From positions 2,813-66,812 of IMG/VR virus record IMGVR_UViG_3300046804_005087: DNA of 64,000 bases; one strand, given 5' to 3'. The notes under the pieces were generated by a model. That model was not told the origin of the DNA. It saw nothing but the letters and a program-made list of their open reading frames with translations, and searched no databases. This document shows positions 9,799-19,634 of the stretch, in pieces (position 1 is the stretch's first letter; each line of letters opens with the position of its first letter). Source of the DNA: a virus. A program made the position numbers and the translations under genes.

Positions 9799-10059
9799 AT
9801 GCCAAGACCGCCAAATCCTGACAATCCGCCTTGCGAGTCGTGCGGGTCTAACCGGGTTTCCGTTCACCGACATCTTGACAGCGGCAATACTCAGTACCGC
9901 TGTAACGAGTGCAAGAAAACTTGGACACCCAATAAAAAACCTCATGCCAGGGCGGGTAAGGGGAAATTAAAATACATGGATAGACCGTTGTCTAATGCCG
10001 AACATCAACGGCTATGGCGGCGGAAACAAAAGTTGTTAAAAAAGTTGAAGCCCGACTAA
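9799..10059 (+). CDS. Zinc-ribbon protein (InsA-like N-terminus)
   Basis: CESC...YRCNECKK; C-terminal PLSNAEHQRLWR. Confidence 0.7.
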   Translation: MPRPPNPDNPPCESCGSNRVSVHRHLDSGNTQYRCNECKKTWTPNKKPHARAGKGKLKYMDRPLSNAEHQRLWRRKQKLLKKLKPD

Positions 10060-10060
10060 C

Positions 10061-10459
10061 ATGAATTGTCCCCACTGTGGAAGTCCTAACACACTCAAAA
10101 AAGGCTATGATCGTTACTTTAGACAACGGTATCGCTGTAAAGAGTGTCATAAGGGATTTGGCGGTGGGGATAAACTAAAGCCGATTAAAACACTGCATTA
10201 TCATGCGTTAGTTGATTTATGCCCGCCTGCTAAGCAATCAAAGTCCCCAACGTTCACAACGCTGTCTGACAAGGTGACTTGTAGGATTTGCCGCAAGCAT
10301 TTAGACAATCGAGTAAATCCTGACGATTTAACCACTAACAAAAGTTTTAGCTTAACTCGGAAAGCGATTAAATTATTAGTGGCATCGTCAAAAGTTAAAG
10401 ATGTTAGTCAGTCAGCGTTAGTCAATCAATTAATTTTGGAGCATTTAAGCAATAGCTAG
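10061..10459 (+). CDS. Zinc-ribbon plus RHH-like protein
   Basis: MNCPHCGS...QRYRCKEC; C-terminal VSQSALVNQLI. Confidence 0.7.
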   Translation: MNCPHCGSPNTLKKGYDRYFRQRYRCKECHKGFGGGDKLKPIKTLHYHALVDLCPPAKQSKSPTFTTLSDKVTCRICRKHLDNRVNPDDLTTNKSFSLTRKAIKLLVASSKVKDVSQSALVNQLILEHLSNS

Positions 10460-10463
10460 TTAT

Positions 10464-10649
10464 TTGTTTATTTTTGAAGATATTAGTATCACGGCTTCAG
10501 ACTGTTTTGCAGACGATGATGTTTTTATGGTTCAATCTGGATATCTTGATATCATTGATATTTCAGACCCTCAAAAGCCTAAAAAGATGACATTTGACAG
10601 TGAGGAGAAATTGTCATTTGTTGATATCAATTCTGAAAGCATCGACTAA
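10464..10649 (+). CDS. Hypothetical acidic protein
   Basis: Short ORF continuing the operon. Confidence 0.35.
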   Translation: MFIFEDISITASDCFADDDVFMVQSGYLDIIDISDPQKPKKMTFDSEEKLSFVDINSESID

Positions 10650-11036
10650 TCGCCGTTGCCAGCGCCCCATGCTATCCAGTTCGGTAACGCCATGATGACT
10701 ATCGGCATGGATGAAACCAGTCCCGTTACTAATGCCTAGATGGTAGGGTATTTTCCCAAAACTAAATAACAATAAGTCCCCCGCGCTAATCTCAGTTAGG
10801 GGGATTTGTTTTAAGTATTGAATCGACTGCAAAAATATTAAAATCTCATCCCCTTCTGGCATCTTAGCATAACAGTTAATATCGCCAAACTCAAAACCCA
10901 AACTATCTTTAAATACCGCTTCAATAAACCGGACACAATCCACCCCATGACCTATTAATTTTTGATTATGTTGCCATGGAGTATTAAGCCATTTTCTAGC
11001 TTCGATTAAGATTCTTTGTTGATATTTTGAAACCAT
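10614..11036 (-). CDS. NlpC/P60 tail-associated peptidase
   Basis: ARKWLNTPWQH...GVDCV...GDLLLF...HLGI...FIHA. Confidence 0.88.
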   Translation of the reverse strand: MVSKYQQRILIEARKWLNTPWQHNQKLIGHGVDCVRFIEAVFKDSLGFEFGDINCYAKMPEGDEILIFLQSIQYLKQIPLTEISAGDLLLFSFGKIPYHLGISNGTGFIHADSHHGVTELDSMGRWQRRLVDAFRIDINK

Positions 11037-11632
11037 TGTAATCGCTTTAAGAACTCATCAAAATAAGCATCGATGATTGACGGTGCTTTTAGATTAAATA
11101 ACTGACAGTCCCCATTTTCTGGGATTATAACCACCGATGCTTGATTTACATTAACACAATCTAATTCTTTTAACGCATAACTATAGGCAGCAACTTGCAA
11201 TAGGTAGTTTTTAACTTGACTAGGGGACTTAGTTTTTTTAGCAGATTTCCAATCAAATAATATTAGGCGATCGCCATGATAGGCAAGACAATCGAGACTA
11301 CCACTAAAACCCAATTCAGAATACACTTGATGTTCCCACACAATAGGCTGAATGTGTTTCAAAACCGTATTCAAAAGCTTATCAAATAACTCCGATTGTT
11401 TGGCTTTTGTGTTGTTTAAAAAATAGGATTCAACGTCATCGTGTAATTTTAAACCACGGTCTAGACATCGTTTAGATTCTTCAGGATTATCTTCTCGCCA
11501 TTGCTTAAAATCATAGTCGCTAGTAGCGTTTAAAACTGTTGTCACTCCTGGTAACTCACCAATAGGAGTGACGTGATATCTTGCCCCTTTTTTGTAACTG
11601 TACTTAGCCTCACGACGGGGTAGTTTAATCAT
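11006..11632 (-). CDS. PD-(D/E)XK exonuclease (phage MGME1/Cas4-like)
   Basis: LPGVTTVL, RGLKLH, GSLDCL, DWKS, YLLQVAAY. Confidence 0.85.
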   Translation of the reverse strand: MIKLPRREAKYSYKKGARYHVTPIGELPGVTTVLNATSDYDFKQWREDNPEESKRCLDRGLKLHDDVESYFLNNTKAKQSELFDKLLNTVLKHIQPIVWEHQVYSELGFSGSLDCLAYHGDRLILFDWKSAKKTKSPSQVKNYLLQVAAYSYALKELDCVNVNQASVVIIPENGDCQLFNLKAPSIIDAYFDEFLKRLQWFQNINKES

Positions 11633-11745
11633 AGCAATATAGATAGTTTGCTAGACTATATTAAACAAAAAGCGAGGTCAATAACCCCGCCTCCAATCAG
11701 CTACTGTAACTCTTTCTTCGTCCTAGAAAGGTTTACCTTTTTATT

Positions 11746-12186
11746 TTAATCAAACTGATTGGGTTTGTCTTTAACTTCTTGGTAGTATTGCCAGTAAAAC
11801 TGAGTCGGATCTTGTGGGCCAACGGCTTCAATTGCTTTGCGACAAATTGACTCAAAAATCACAGAGATTTCTAACAATTCGGCATCAGCGGCAATCTTAG
11901 AAACCATATTAGCCGTGCGAGTGTAAATCAGATTTAACCCTTTAGCAAAACTACCGGGAATCCCGGCAATATTTGCCGCAATGTCGATAAACCGTAGGCG
12001 GTATTGAATCTGATTAATAACGGGTAAATCTTCATCATTGTACTCTTCGGCGTCTAAATTCAGGGCGTTAATTGCCGCCTCTAAACTTGCAAATTCAGCC
12101 GTCAGGTCTACCCCTTTAGGAGTGTTTTTCTTAGCCTGATTCAATCCTTGAATCATTTGATTGCGCCAACGTTCTAACATGCTCAT
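11746..12186 (-). CDS. Hypothetical protein (probable late gene)
   Basis: 146-aa ORF with GAGG SD and TTAAGATAG motif upstream. Confidence 0.65.
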   Translation of the reverse strand: MSMLERWRNQMIQGLNQAKKNTPKGVDLTAEFASLEAAINALNLDAEEYNDEDLPVINQIQYRLRFIDIAANIAGIPGSFAKGLNLIYTRTANMVSKIAADAELLEISVIFESICRKAIEAVGPQDPTQFYWQYYQEVKDKPNQFD

Positions 12187-12267
12187 AAAATCCTCAAAAC
12201 AAAGTAACCTACATTCCTATCTTAATGTCTGCCCCATAACAGATATGTGCTGACAAAATAACTAAAA

Positions 12268-12417
12268 TCATTTCGCTTTGGTGTTTTTAGGTGGGTGTCC
12301 GTTTTTATCCCATCCATATCTAAGCATCCGCTCATACTCACCTGGAATAGGTTTCAAAGCAAGTGGAATGTCGTTGTGATAGTTCCATTGGTAACGTAGA
12401 TCAATGTTTTCAGCCAT
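12268..12417 (-). CDS. Small hypothetical protein (49 aa)
   Basis: MAENIDLRYQW... with GAGG upstream; not in the ORF track. Confidence 0.4.
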   Translation of the reverse strand: MAENIDLRYQWNYHNDIPLALKPIPGEYERMLRYGWDKNGHPPKNTKAK

Positions 12418-12447
12418 TATGTTTAGCCTCGAATTACAGAAACAACA

Positions 12448-12909
12448 TCACAATAGAACAGATTGAAACCCATTGTTAGTCAATGTATCTTGAATTTCTG
12501 TTAGCATTTCATCCGTTAAAATTAACCCAACTTCACGAGCTGCTAACAAAAGACCGCTTACAGCCATTTGCAAAGCTGCTAATTTATCAAAATTTGTCGG
12601 GTCATCTTTTCCGCGTTCAATGGTTAACCCCACGGCTGCCATTGCCCACGCTATACCAGGATGAGTAATAGAATTGCTATACAAAAATCGGTAAGTTTGT
12701 GACAATCGCAATTGATCGTAAAAGCCGTTCCAATCAGCCGATGGCGCTTGAATAAGCGGATCGGGCTCAGGCATAATTTCATAATGCCCCGCATCATAAG
12801 CCGCCTGCAAAATTGACAGCGTAGGTTCACTATATGCCGACAAATCAGGCACACCATTTATTACTACAACAAGAGTTTTTGTGTTGTATGAATGCAATAA
12901 AATAATCAT
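12448..12909 (-). CDS. Probable tail-fibre-associated protein/chaperone
   Basis: ATGA-coupled to the upstream fibre-like gene; PEPDP linker then helical domain. Confidence 0.5.
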   Translation of the reverse strand: MIILLHSYNTKTLVVVINGVPDLSAYSEPTLSILQAAYDAGHYEIMPEPDPLIQAPSADWNGFYDQLRLSQTYRFLYSNSITHPGIAWAMAAVGLTIERGKDDPTNFDKLAALQMAVSGLLLAAREVGLILTDEMLTEIQDTLTNNGFQSVLL

Positions 12910-13535
12910 GGTGCGATCCCTCTTAAAGTATAAGTCCAACTTAATCGTGCTGCATTCAAAATTGGAGAACCCACTACATTGTTAACGTACAAAAATGCAC
13001 CAGTCGAAGTATTAACCCCTGTGTTGACTACCGAATTCACTGGATAACGTAATTGTCTGCCAAATGGATTTGTAGTAATTAGTTTTGCTGTAGTATCTAC
13101 TGTGACAATATAAGCTCCCGTATTTAAGGTAACTATCCCAACGTGTAAATCAAACTTATTGTTACTATCTAATGTGGTAGTGCTCCCACTGCCATATCCC
13201 CTAACAGTCCACGCTTCCACATAAATATTATTGTTAAACCCAAATGGCAATCCTTTACCAACTACTCCAACAGGGGAGAAAAGCGTTCCGTTTGTTAACG
13301 TGTAGTTTTGCGCGGTGGTTCCGCTGCTCCACTCCATTTCGTAAAATTGATTTGTCAACCAATAAGTCCCATTCCAAAACCAACTGTAACCACTGCTTGG
13401 GTTGTACCACGTGTCACCAATAACTAAAGACTCGCCGCCAAGTCTTGTAGTAGGCTTAGTTACCCTAACAAAATTAGCGACACCTCCAATAATGCCGCCG
13501 TCAACGATTACCGACGGCTTGATGATTGTACTCAT
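12906..13535 (-). CDS. Tail fibre/receptor-binding-like protein
   Basis: GDTWYNPSSG.SWFWNGTYW fibre motif; G/T/N-rich beta composition. Confidence 0.65.
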   Translation of the reverse strand: MSTIIKPSVIVDGGIIGGVANFVRVTKPTTRLGGESLVIGDTWYNPSSGYSWFWNGTYWLTNQFYEMEWSSGTTAQNYTLTNGTLFSPVGVVGKGLPFGFNNNIYVEAWTVRGYGSGSTTTLDSNNKFDLHVGIVTLNTGAYIVTVDTTAKLITTNPFGRQLRYPVNSVVNTGVNTSTGAFLYVNNVVGSPILNAARLSWTYTLRGIAP

Positions 13536-15112
13536 TATTTGTACCTCACGCTGATATGAATAGGGGTGGTAGGGGCGGTGGTTGAATTGTCAGCTAAACC
13601 AGTCACGCAAGCAATAGAAATAGCCGTAGAAAACACTTCAAACGGCACTAATCCAGGCTCTAATAAAAACAGTCCTGGCGTTATGCCATCACTAGGGGGG
13701 ACAAGAATTGTTAGGGTAATAGGGGAAGTTCCAACCACAACAGAACCAGCGGTAATGTTAAAAAATTTGACATAGACTGGAACGGTATTTATATTGATGA
13801 AATTCCAGCCCATTACACCACCCGCACTACTTTTGATTGATTGTGGCGTGGATGATAGCGCAGTGTTTCTATAGCATAAAAACCCCGCTTCCGAGGCTAA
13901 CGTTACGTTGCTTAGCGCTGCAACAATAGCTTTTAGTCTATCTAATAGAGTAAATTGCGTTGGATTTGTTTGAACCTCACCAATCTGATTAGCAATTCCA
14001 CTGGCAACGCCATCACTTGCAAGCGTTACAGCTAAAGAATTAGCCGCAGTTTTAGCACCTAATGAAGACGGAAATAAAGCGATTAATGATGTGATTCTTT
14101 GGGCGATTCTTTGCAGTCGTCCATTTAACCCGGACGATGCCGTATCTGAGGACGGGGGCGGCTCTGTTAAGTCGCCGATGCGTGTATTAGTTAATACTTG
14201 GTTGGTTGTAGTTGACAAACCAGAAAAATCTAATCGATTATCAAGCAAGTCGGCAAGTGCTTTAAATCTGCCTAGGATTGTGTAAGCCGTCGGAGTCAAT
14301 TGAACTTCGCCAATCAAGCCAGTTACAGTTGTTAGTCGCTGAGCTAATCGTTGCAATCGCCCATTTAATCCTGACAATGCCGTATCTGTTGCGGGGGGAG
14401 CCTCGTCTCTTGCCCCAATCTGTGAATTATTTGTGTCTTGATTTGCTTTAGTTGCGAGGGCAGATATATCAAGTGGGACTTGTTCTTGAGTTTTAACAAT
14501 TAGTCCCTGTAATTGTGCCAATGTTAATGGCTGGCTTAGCTCTGTTTTGACTTTTAACCTATCACCATCCCAGGCAAATAAATCACCAAAAGCGACTAAG
14601 TTTTGATCTTCTGTTTTAACAGTTAACGCTTGCAATTCTGTGAGGGTTAGGGGCTGATTTAATTCTGTTTTGACCTTTAATCTGTCTTCCAGAAATGTAA
14701 GCTTATCTAATATCGCCTGAATAGCCGTTAAAACCGTCGCACTTTCTAACTCCATCAATGTTAAAGGTTGACTTAATTCGGTTTTAACCAGTAGACGATC
14801 GCCATCAAACACAAACTCTGGCATGGCATCAACGATCGCCGCCAAGGTCGCCTCATTCAACTCGGTGGAGTAGGTAACAGCCGGATCAATCGAAGTTAGT
14901 AGGCGATCGCCGCTTAAAACCAACTGAGGGAGTTTATCTTTCAACGCCGCTAGTGTCGATTCGGTGGCCAATAGCTCATGGTCAACCAGCTTAAACTTGC
15001 TGATATAGGGCTCTAAATCCGTTCCCGTCCCCTCTGCCAACAGATAGATAATTGTTACGCCATCAGCGCCTATAGCCTGTAAATTAGCCACTAAAATACC
15101 CTCCGCAACCAA
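13535..15112 (-). CDS. Tail fibre-like structural protein with internal repeats
   Basis: 3x DRL(L/K)VKTEL(S/N)QPLTL, 2x DTA.SGLNGRLQR, 2x IGEVQ..PT; beta-rich C-terminus. Confidence 0.65.
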   Translation of the reverse strand: MVAEGILVANLQAIGADGVTIIYLLAEGTGTDLEPYISKFKLVDHELLATESTLAALKDKLPQLVLSGDRLLTSIDPAVTYSTELNEATLAAIVDAMPEFVFDGDRLLVKTELSQPLTLMELESATVLTAIQAILDKLTFLEDRLKVKTELNQPLTLTELQALTVKTEDQNLVAFGDLFAWDGDRLKVKTELSQPLTLAQLQGLIVKTQEQVPLDISALATKANQDTNNSQIGARDEAPPATDTALSGLNGRLQRLAQRLTTVTGLIGEVQLTPTAYTILGRFKALADLLDNRLDFSGLSTTTNQVLTNTRIGDLTEPPPSSDTASSGLNGRLQRIAQRITSLIALFPSSLGAKTAANSLAVTLASDGVASGIANQIGEVQTNPTQFTLLDRLKAIVAALSNVTLASEAGFLCYRNTALSSTPQSIKSSAGGVMGWNFININTVPVYVKFFNITAGSVVVGTSPITLTILVPPSDGITPGLFLLEPGLVPFEVFSTAISIACVTGLADNSTTAPTTPIHISVRYK

Positions 15113-15378
15113 CTAAGAACTTTAGACAAATTAAGTACCATGTTTGTTTTAGCCGGTGTAACCTTGACTTCCCGACTGGCTATCAATTGATAGGCTTGAC
15201 GCCCTGCTAAGGCTTCAATTGCATCAGCATCGGTGGCAAATTGGGGCAAGTTTAAATCATCAAAAATCAGCGTTACCGAATTGGGTAAAAGTACCGTCGT
15301 CGTAAATTGATTAATAGCGATCGCCGTTTTAGTGGGGGCAAAATTCAGACGGGTATAGGTAGGGGAAATGTCAATCAT
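15091..15378 (-). CDS. Hypothetical virion-associated protein
   Basis: Coupled within the fibre operon. Confidence 0.55.
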   Translation of the reverse strand: MIDISPTYTRLNFAPTKTAIAINQFTTTVLLPNSVTLIFDDLNLPQFATDADAIEALAGRQAYQLIASREVKVTPAKTNMVLNLSKVLSWLRRVF

Positions 15379-15766
15379 TTTCTGTCACCTCTGGCATTAC
15401 CTGAACGAATCCCACTGCCAAGGAATAAACCACGCCATCCAAGGCAATTTGCCAGTCCCACACATAGCAATTTTTAAGGCTAGGCGTTTTAGTTCCCCCT
15501 TGATATTCTGTTACCGGCAAAAGCAGGGTTTTAGCTGGCGTTAGGTATGGGTGAAACGTTGTTAAATCGGCTTCAGCGTCATAGGTAGCGGCGGAATGGT
15601 CAAAAGTCGCCAGAAGTTCACCCTCAGCAACTAAGTAATTTGTGCGGATCTCAGACTTTGGAGTCCACAGCGTCCAATCCCCCGACAATTCAGGCTTCCA
15701 GAGGTCAAACGTTGCCCCCCGGATAATCGCCAAATCGTCAATTAAATCAACCTTTTGCCGTGCCAT
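15371..15766 (-). CDS. Fibre/baseplate adaptor-like protein
   Basis: IRGATF...YVWD...GFVQVMPEVT pattern of phage fibre-attachment proteins. Confidence 0.55.
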   Translation of the reverse strand: MARQKVDLIDDLAIIRGATFDLWKPELSGDWTLWTPKSEIRTNYLVAEGELLATFDHSAATYDAEADLTTFHPYLTPAKTLLLPVTEYQGGTKTPSLKNCYVWDWQIALDGVVYSLAVGFVQVMPEVTEND

Positions 15767-15795
15767 ACCTAAACCTAGACGACCCTACTACTATC

Positions 15796-16824
15796 TTAAA
15801 AATCGTCCCAGCCGCTAACACCTGACGACATAACATAGCTAGTAACAGTAGCCTCAAAGAAATTGGCTTTAGTATGAGCTTGTTTACCGGTATCCGCAAA
15901 GTTTTCTAGGTGTCCATAGGGTGACTGATTAAAGCCTGGGAAAATTTCATCTAAGCCAATTGCTTTTAGTCGTTTATTAGCAAGAAACTTAACGTACTTT
16001 TCAGTTGAATCTTCTTTGATGCCTAAAATGTCATTACCAATAATATGGTTAGTCCAATTGATTTCTTGCTTAGCCGCCTCAGCAAAAATTTCATAAATCT
16101 GGTCAAGGGATGGCTTGAACGTGACGATCGCCTCTGGTAAAATCTTTTGATATAACCGAACGTGGCTTAACTCATCGCGATTAATCATGCGAAAAATATC
16201 GGCACTACCCGCCATTAATTGACGACTAGCTAAATTATAAAAGTAATTAAATCCAGTGTAAAAATAAAGCCCCTCCAACACGTAATCTGCCAGCAATGCA
16301 ATAAAATAGTTTTCATCACTAGGGTCATCCACATACTTTTGATATAAGCCTGCAATATACTGGCATCGCTCTAAAAGCACCTTATCTTCCCGCCAAAAGT
16401 CATAAACTTTATCTCGTTTTTCTGTTGGGATAATAGTTTCAATCATGTATTGATAGCTCTGGTTATGCATTCCTTCTTGGCTAATTTGTTCTGCCATGCA
16501 CAGACTAATTTCGGGGGCAGTAACTGGTAGTTTTAAATGGGGAATGTTGCAAGTTTGCACAGAATCTAGGAAGGTTAAATAGGATAAAATACCATCAAAA
16601 GCCCGACTTTCACTATCGGTTAAATTGTTATAATCGGTAACATCAGCAGTCAGATCAATCCGTTGCGGGATCCAGAAATTCTCACGCATTTGTTGATATA
16701 AACTAACTGCCCATTGATACCGGACATCATTAAGTTGCATAAGATTTGTTGTTTCCCCAAACCACACAGTCCGAGACTCAATAGCATCGTTACCAGATGG
16801 ATTAAAAATAGGTGTTGATTGCAT
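15796..16824 (-). CDS. nrdB: Class I ribonucleotide reductase beta subunit
   Basis: ENFWIP, LDSVQ, QEGMHNQSY, LEGLYFY, RDELSH, NFFE; cyanobacterial-type N-terminus. Confidence 0.95.
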   Translation of the reverse strand: MQSTPIFNPSGNDAIESRTVWFGETTNLMQLNDVRYQWAVSLYQQMRENFWIPQRIDLTADVTDYNNLTDSESRAFDGILSYLTFLDSVQTCNIPHLKLPVTAPEISLCMAEQISQEGMHNQSYQYMIETIIPTEKRDKVYDFWREDKVLLERCQYIAGLYQKYVDDPSDENYFIALLADYVLEGLYFYTGFNYFYNLASRQLMAGSADIFRMINRDELSHVRLYQKILPEAIVTFKPSLDQIYEIFAEAAKQEINWTNHIIGNDILGIKEDSTEKYVKFLANKRLKAIGLDEIFPGFNQSPYGHLENFADTGKQAHTKANFFEATVTSYVMSSGVSGWDDF

Positions 16825-16865
16825 GACAATAAAAGCAAATAAATTATCTAATTGTTAATCTTGAT

Positions 16866-17126
16866 TCAACTTACCTCGTATTGTTTAGCCCATTTAGCTA
16901 CATCAGAATTAAATTCTTCAATAATAGGCTTTATTCTTACTTCGGAATCTACGCAAATATTAAAATTCTTTATCCAATCAATTCCTTTTTGAGCAATGCT
17001 AATTTGTCGCTTATACTCATTGACCGGACGAGTTTTTTTCATTGCAAGTGATTCAATGGTCGCCAATGTACAATCAGTCATATAAACCAATGCATAGTCT
17101 GGGCTTGAAATATGTAAGGGACTCAT
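16866..17126 (-). CDS. Hypothetical phage protein
   Basis: ATGA-coupled to the endolysin. Confidence 0.6.
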   Translation of the reverse strand: MSPLHISSPDYALVYMTDCTLATIESLAMKKTRPVNEYKRQISIAQKGIDWIKNFNICVDSEVRIKPIIEEFNSDVAKWAKQYEVS

Positions 17127-18604
17127 AAATTAATAGGAGGGACGTTAATTTCAAAATGGAAGTGATGGTGATGACCTCGAACTGACCGACATAATTCTTT
17201 TTGAATTAGATGAGGGTCGTTAAAATAAATGCTTGATTTTTTAACCGTAGGACAGGCATTGATAGATCGCAACATTGCCTCAGCGGTTACTCTATCGTAA
17301 TTACTGCTTAGATAGTCAATACCCCCATTACCGCCATCTTTACGGGGCAAAAATACATCGCATGACATACCTGTTTCATGCCCAGCATGGTCGGGCGTAT
17401 TGCCGCCGTGGGGAAGGCTAATGTCATTAATAGAAAACAGCGCGGCGTTAGGTTTTTTGCTGCGATAATTGTCATGGTAATGTTTAGCAATCCACAGAAT
17501 AGCGCCCGCCATCCAATTAGTACCGTAGTCATGATGGTCATGAGTTTCTTCTAACTCTTGATTGCGATAACTGATTGCTTTATTTGTGTTAGGCATAATT
17601 TGCCAGCGTGGGGCATTATCTGCATTTAACCACTGATGGGTTTTAGCATTAACATCTACCCGACCATCACTGTTAACCGTTGTTTGCCCATTGATAATCG
17701 ACTGGAATAATCGAATTATTTGAATGGTTTTAGCGCCTACTTTTCCGTCAACATCACCAATGGGATAACCTAATTCTTTTAACTTGGTTTGCACTTGGAT
17801 GACATCATCTTTATTGTTTTTGCCCCCATTGCCAACGCTACCCGATAATTTAATATCTGCTTTTACCGGCTCAGGCTTAACAGTAGCAAAAACCTCAATA
17901 TTAAACGATTGGCTATCATCTCCACTACTGAAAGTAATTTGGCGATCGCCAGGGGTATTCAACACAAGGTCATAATCTATTAGCCCATCCTGTACTTGAC
18001 AATCGGGTAATTCAAAACGACTATCTGCCATCACAGTTAACAAGGCATTAGGATCACCGTAGTATTTCCCGATGACAGTTACAGGCTCACCTACACTGGC
18101 TTTGGCAGGGTAGTTAATCAGGTCAATTTGGCTAGGTGCAACAGGGTTTGCAGACTCAATTGGCTCTAACCACAATTTCCCTTCTTCTGTACGGCGGTTA
18201 ACCAGTCCTGACAGTGTTTTACCACCTCCCTTGACATACAGCATCATTGCCGTTGGTACACCCGCTAAATCGCTTTGTAACGCCCGGGTAATCGTCTCAA
18301 ACCCCTTAGCGCCATAAAAGCCCGCGCCCAGATTCCACGCAAAGGACAATAGCGCCCCCTGTTGATTGCGATTCAGCGATCGCCATATGGGGATTTTCTG
18401 CAACTCTGGCAAAAAGTCGTCTTTAATTTGTTGCCTCAATAACTTATCGGCTTCCACTTCATTGGCTAATTTGTCGCCCCGCTTAACCGCCCTGCCATTA
18501 ATGCGAGTCGAACCGTATCCCACTGTATAAACCTTGGCGGGACATAGGTACGCATTTAGTCGCAAGCCCTCCCATTTTTTGATTAACTCAATACCCTTAT
18601 CCAC
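17123..18604 (-). CDS. Multi-domain endolysin: GH24 lysozyme + PG-binding + MepA-like peptidase
   Basis: WEGLRLNAYLCPA.VYTVGYG...GLVNRR.EE; DVIQVQTKL.ELGY...DG; DHAGHETG.SCD...HHHHFH. Confidence 0.9.
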   Translation of the reverse strand: MDKGIELIKKWEGLRLNAYLCPAKVYTVGYGSTRINGRAVKRGDKLANEVEADKLLRQQIKDDFLPELQKIPIWRSLNRNQQGALLSFAWNLGAGFYGAKGFETITRALQSDLAGVPTAMMLYVKGGGKTLSGLVNRRTEEGKLWLEPIESANPVAPSQIDLINYPAKASVGEPVTVIGKYYGDPNALLTVMADSRFELPDCQVQDGLIDYDLVLNTPGDRQITFSSGDDSQSFNIEVFATVKPEPVKADIKLSGSVGNGGKNNKDDVIQVQTKLKELGYPIGDVDGKVGAKTIQIIRLFQSIINGQTTVNSDGRVDVNAKTHQWLNADNAPRWQIMPNTNKAISYRNQELEETHDHHDYGTNWMAGAILWIAKHYHDNYRSKKPNAALFSINDISLPHGGNTPDHAGHETGMSCDVFLPRKDGGNGGIDYLSSNYDRVTAEAMLRSINACPTVKKSSIYFNDPHLIQKELCRSVRGHHHHFHFEINVPPINL

Positions 18605-18656
18605 AACAAAACCCTATAGTTAGCCTACAGGGTTATCTTAAAAACTGGGTTTAGGA

Positions 18657-19004
18657 CTATACGATTTTGTTTAGATGCCATTCGTCATCCGTATCGTAGT
18701 TGAACAAAAATTCAGTGATACCTAAACGATTAACAAAGTCTTTTGCAATTTCACTTAAATCCGTATCTGAGAAAGACGGAATGTCAAAGTAGGCGGAGTA
18801 ATATTCTTTTTCAAGACGATTAACCCATGTTAGCGCTTTAGCGCCCGTACAAACGGGGTTTCTGAACTGAATGAATGTGTCGATTTTAGTCGCCTCCCAT
18901 TCCACGTTTTCAATATCCGGCGTCGCCACCGCTTCTTGGGCGGCGCGAAAAACTTGCTTGATTGGAATCTGGGACTTGAATTTGACAGTAGCCATTATGG
19001 TCAT
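18657..19004 (-). CDS. Hypothetical protein (probable early gene)
   Basis: ATG 19004 after GAGG SD downstream of module copy B promoter. Confidence 0.65.
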   Translation of the reverse strand: MTIMATVKFKSQIPIKQVFRAAQEAVATPDIENVEWEATKIDTFIQFRNPVCTGAKALTWVNRLEKEYYSAYFDIPSFSDTDLSEIAKDFVNRLGITEFLFNYDTDDEWHLNKIV

Positions 19005-19038
19005 AAAACTTACCTCAAATGTTTGCTCAATTTCCCTC

Positions 19039-19168
19039 ATTCTACACAACCAACCGCCTTACTGTCAACACACCCGAAACCTCAAAAACCCTAAAACTTT
19101 AAAACCCTTGCCCTGCCTAGGTTTCAAGGTGTTTCACCCTCTTAAGGAATCTATAAGGGGTGAAACAC
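19039..19168 (-). repeat. Dispersed module copy B (-35 19063-19068, -10 19039-19044; palindrome 19131-19166)
   Basis: GTTTCACCCTCTTAAGGAATCTATAAGGGGTGAAAC, 62-bp spacing. Confidence 0.9.
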
Positions 19169-19214
19169 TCCGATTCGGTGACTAAGATATGTTGTGTGTT
19201 GATTGAGGGCGGTG

Positions 19215-19634
19215 ATGCTTAAGCGACTAGGAAGGATTCGACTACCGGCATATTTAACGGGGCGACATTTGGCAAATCAGCAACGTTTAAATCCAATTAG
19301 GTCGCTGCCCAGGAATGACGTAAATAACAGAGATATATCAGATCAGATCGGGGTTTTATGGTGTTGGGATGTTGATTATCACGTTGATTCTGATCTGCAA
19401 ACCACTACTCTCATCGTCCTAGACAGCAATAAGCACGCGTTGCACGTTGAAAATTACGGCTCTTTGGAATTAAGCCGTGGTGATGTGGTTGCATTTTATG
19501 CTCATGAACGTCATGCCCTTACCAGATCGAATAACCGTAGAGCTTTGTTTAGTGCGCTTTATATCGACACTGGTTGCTATGGATATAGCCACACGTTAGA
19601 TAGGGCTAAAGAGTTGCTTAAAATGGCATTATGA
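19215..19634 (+). CDS. Cupin/2OG-Fe(II) oxygenase-like protein
   Basis: YHVD...GDVVAF.AHERHA (HxD...H triad). Confidence 0.55.
   Translation: MLKRLGRIRLPAYLTGRHLANQQRLNPIRSLPRNDVNNRDISDQIGVLWCWDVDYHVDSDLQTTTLIVLDSNKHALHVENYGSLELSRGDVVAFYAHERHALTRSNNRRALFSALYIDTGCYGYSHTLDRAKELLKMAL

Noticed and set aside
9799-10459. IS1 insertion sequence
   Set aside because: No DDE transposase, terminal inverted repeats or target duplication seen.
11006-11632. Cas4 as part of a CRISPR system
   Set aside because: Lacks the Fe-S cysteine cluster and any cas context; typical stand-alone phage exonuclease.
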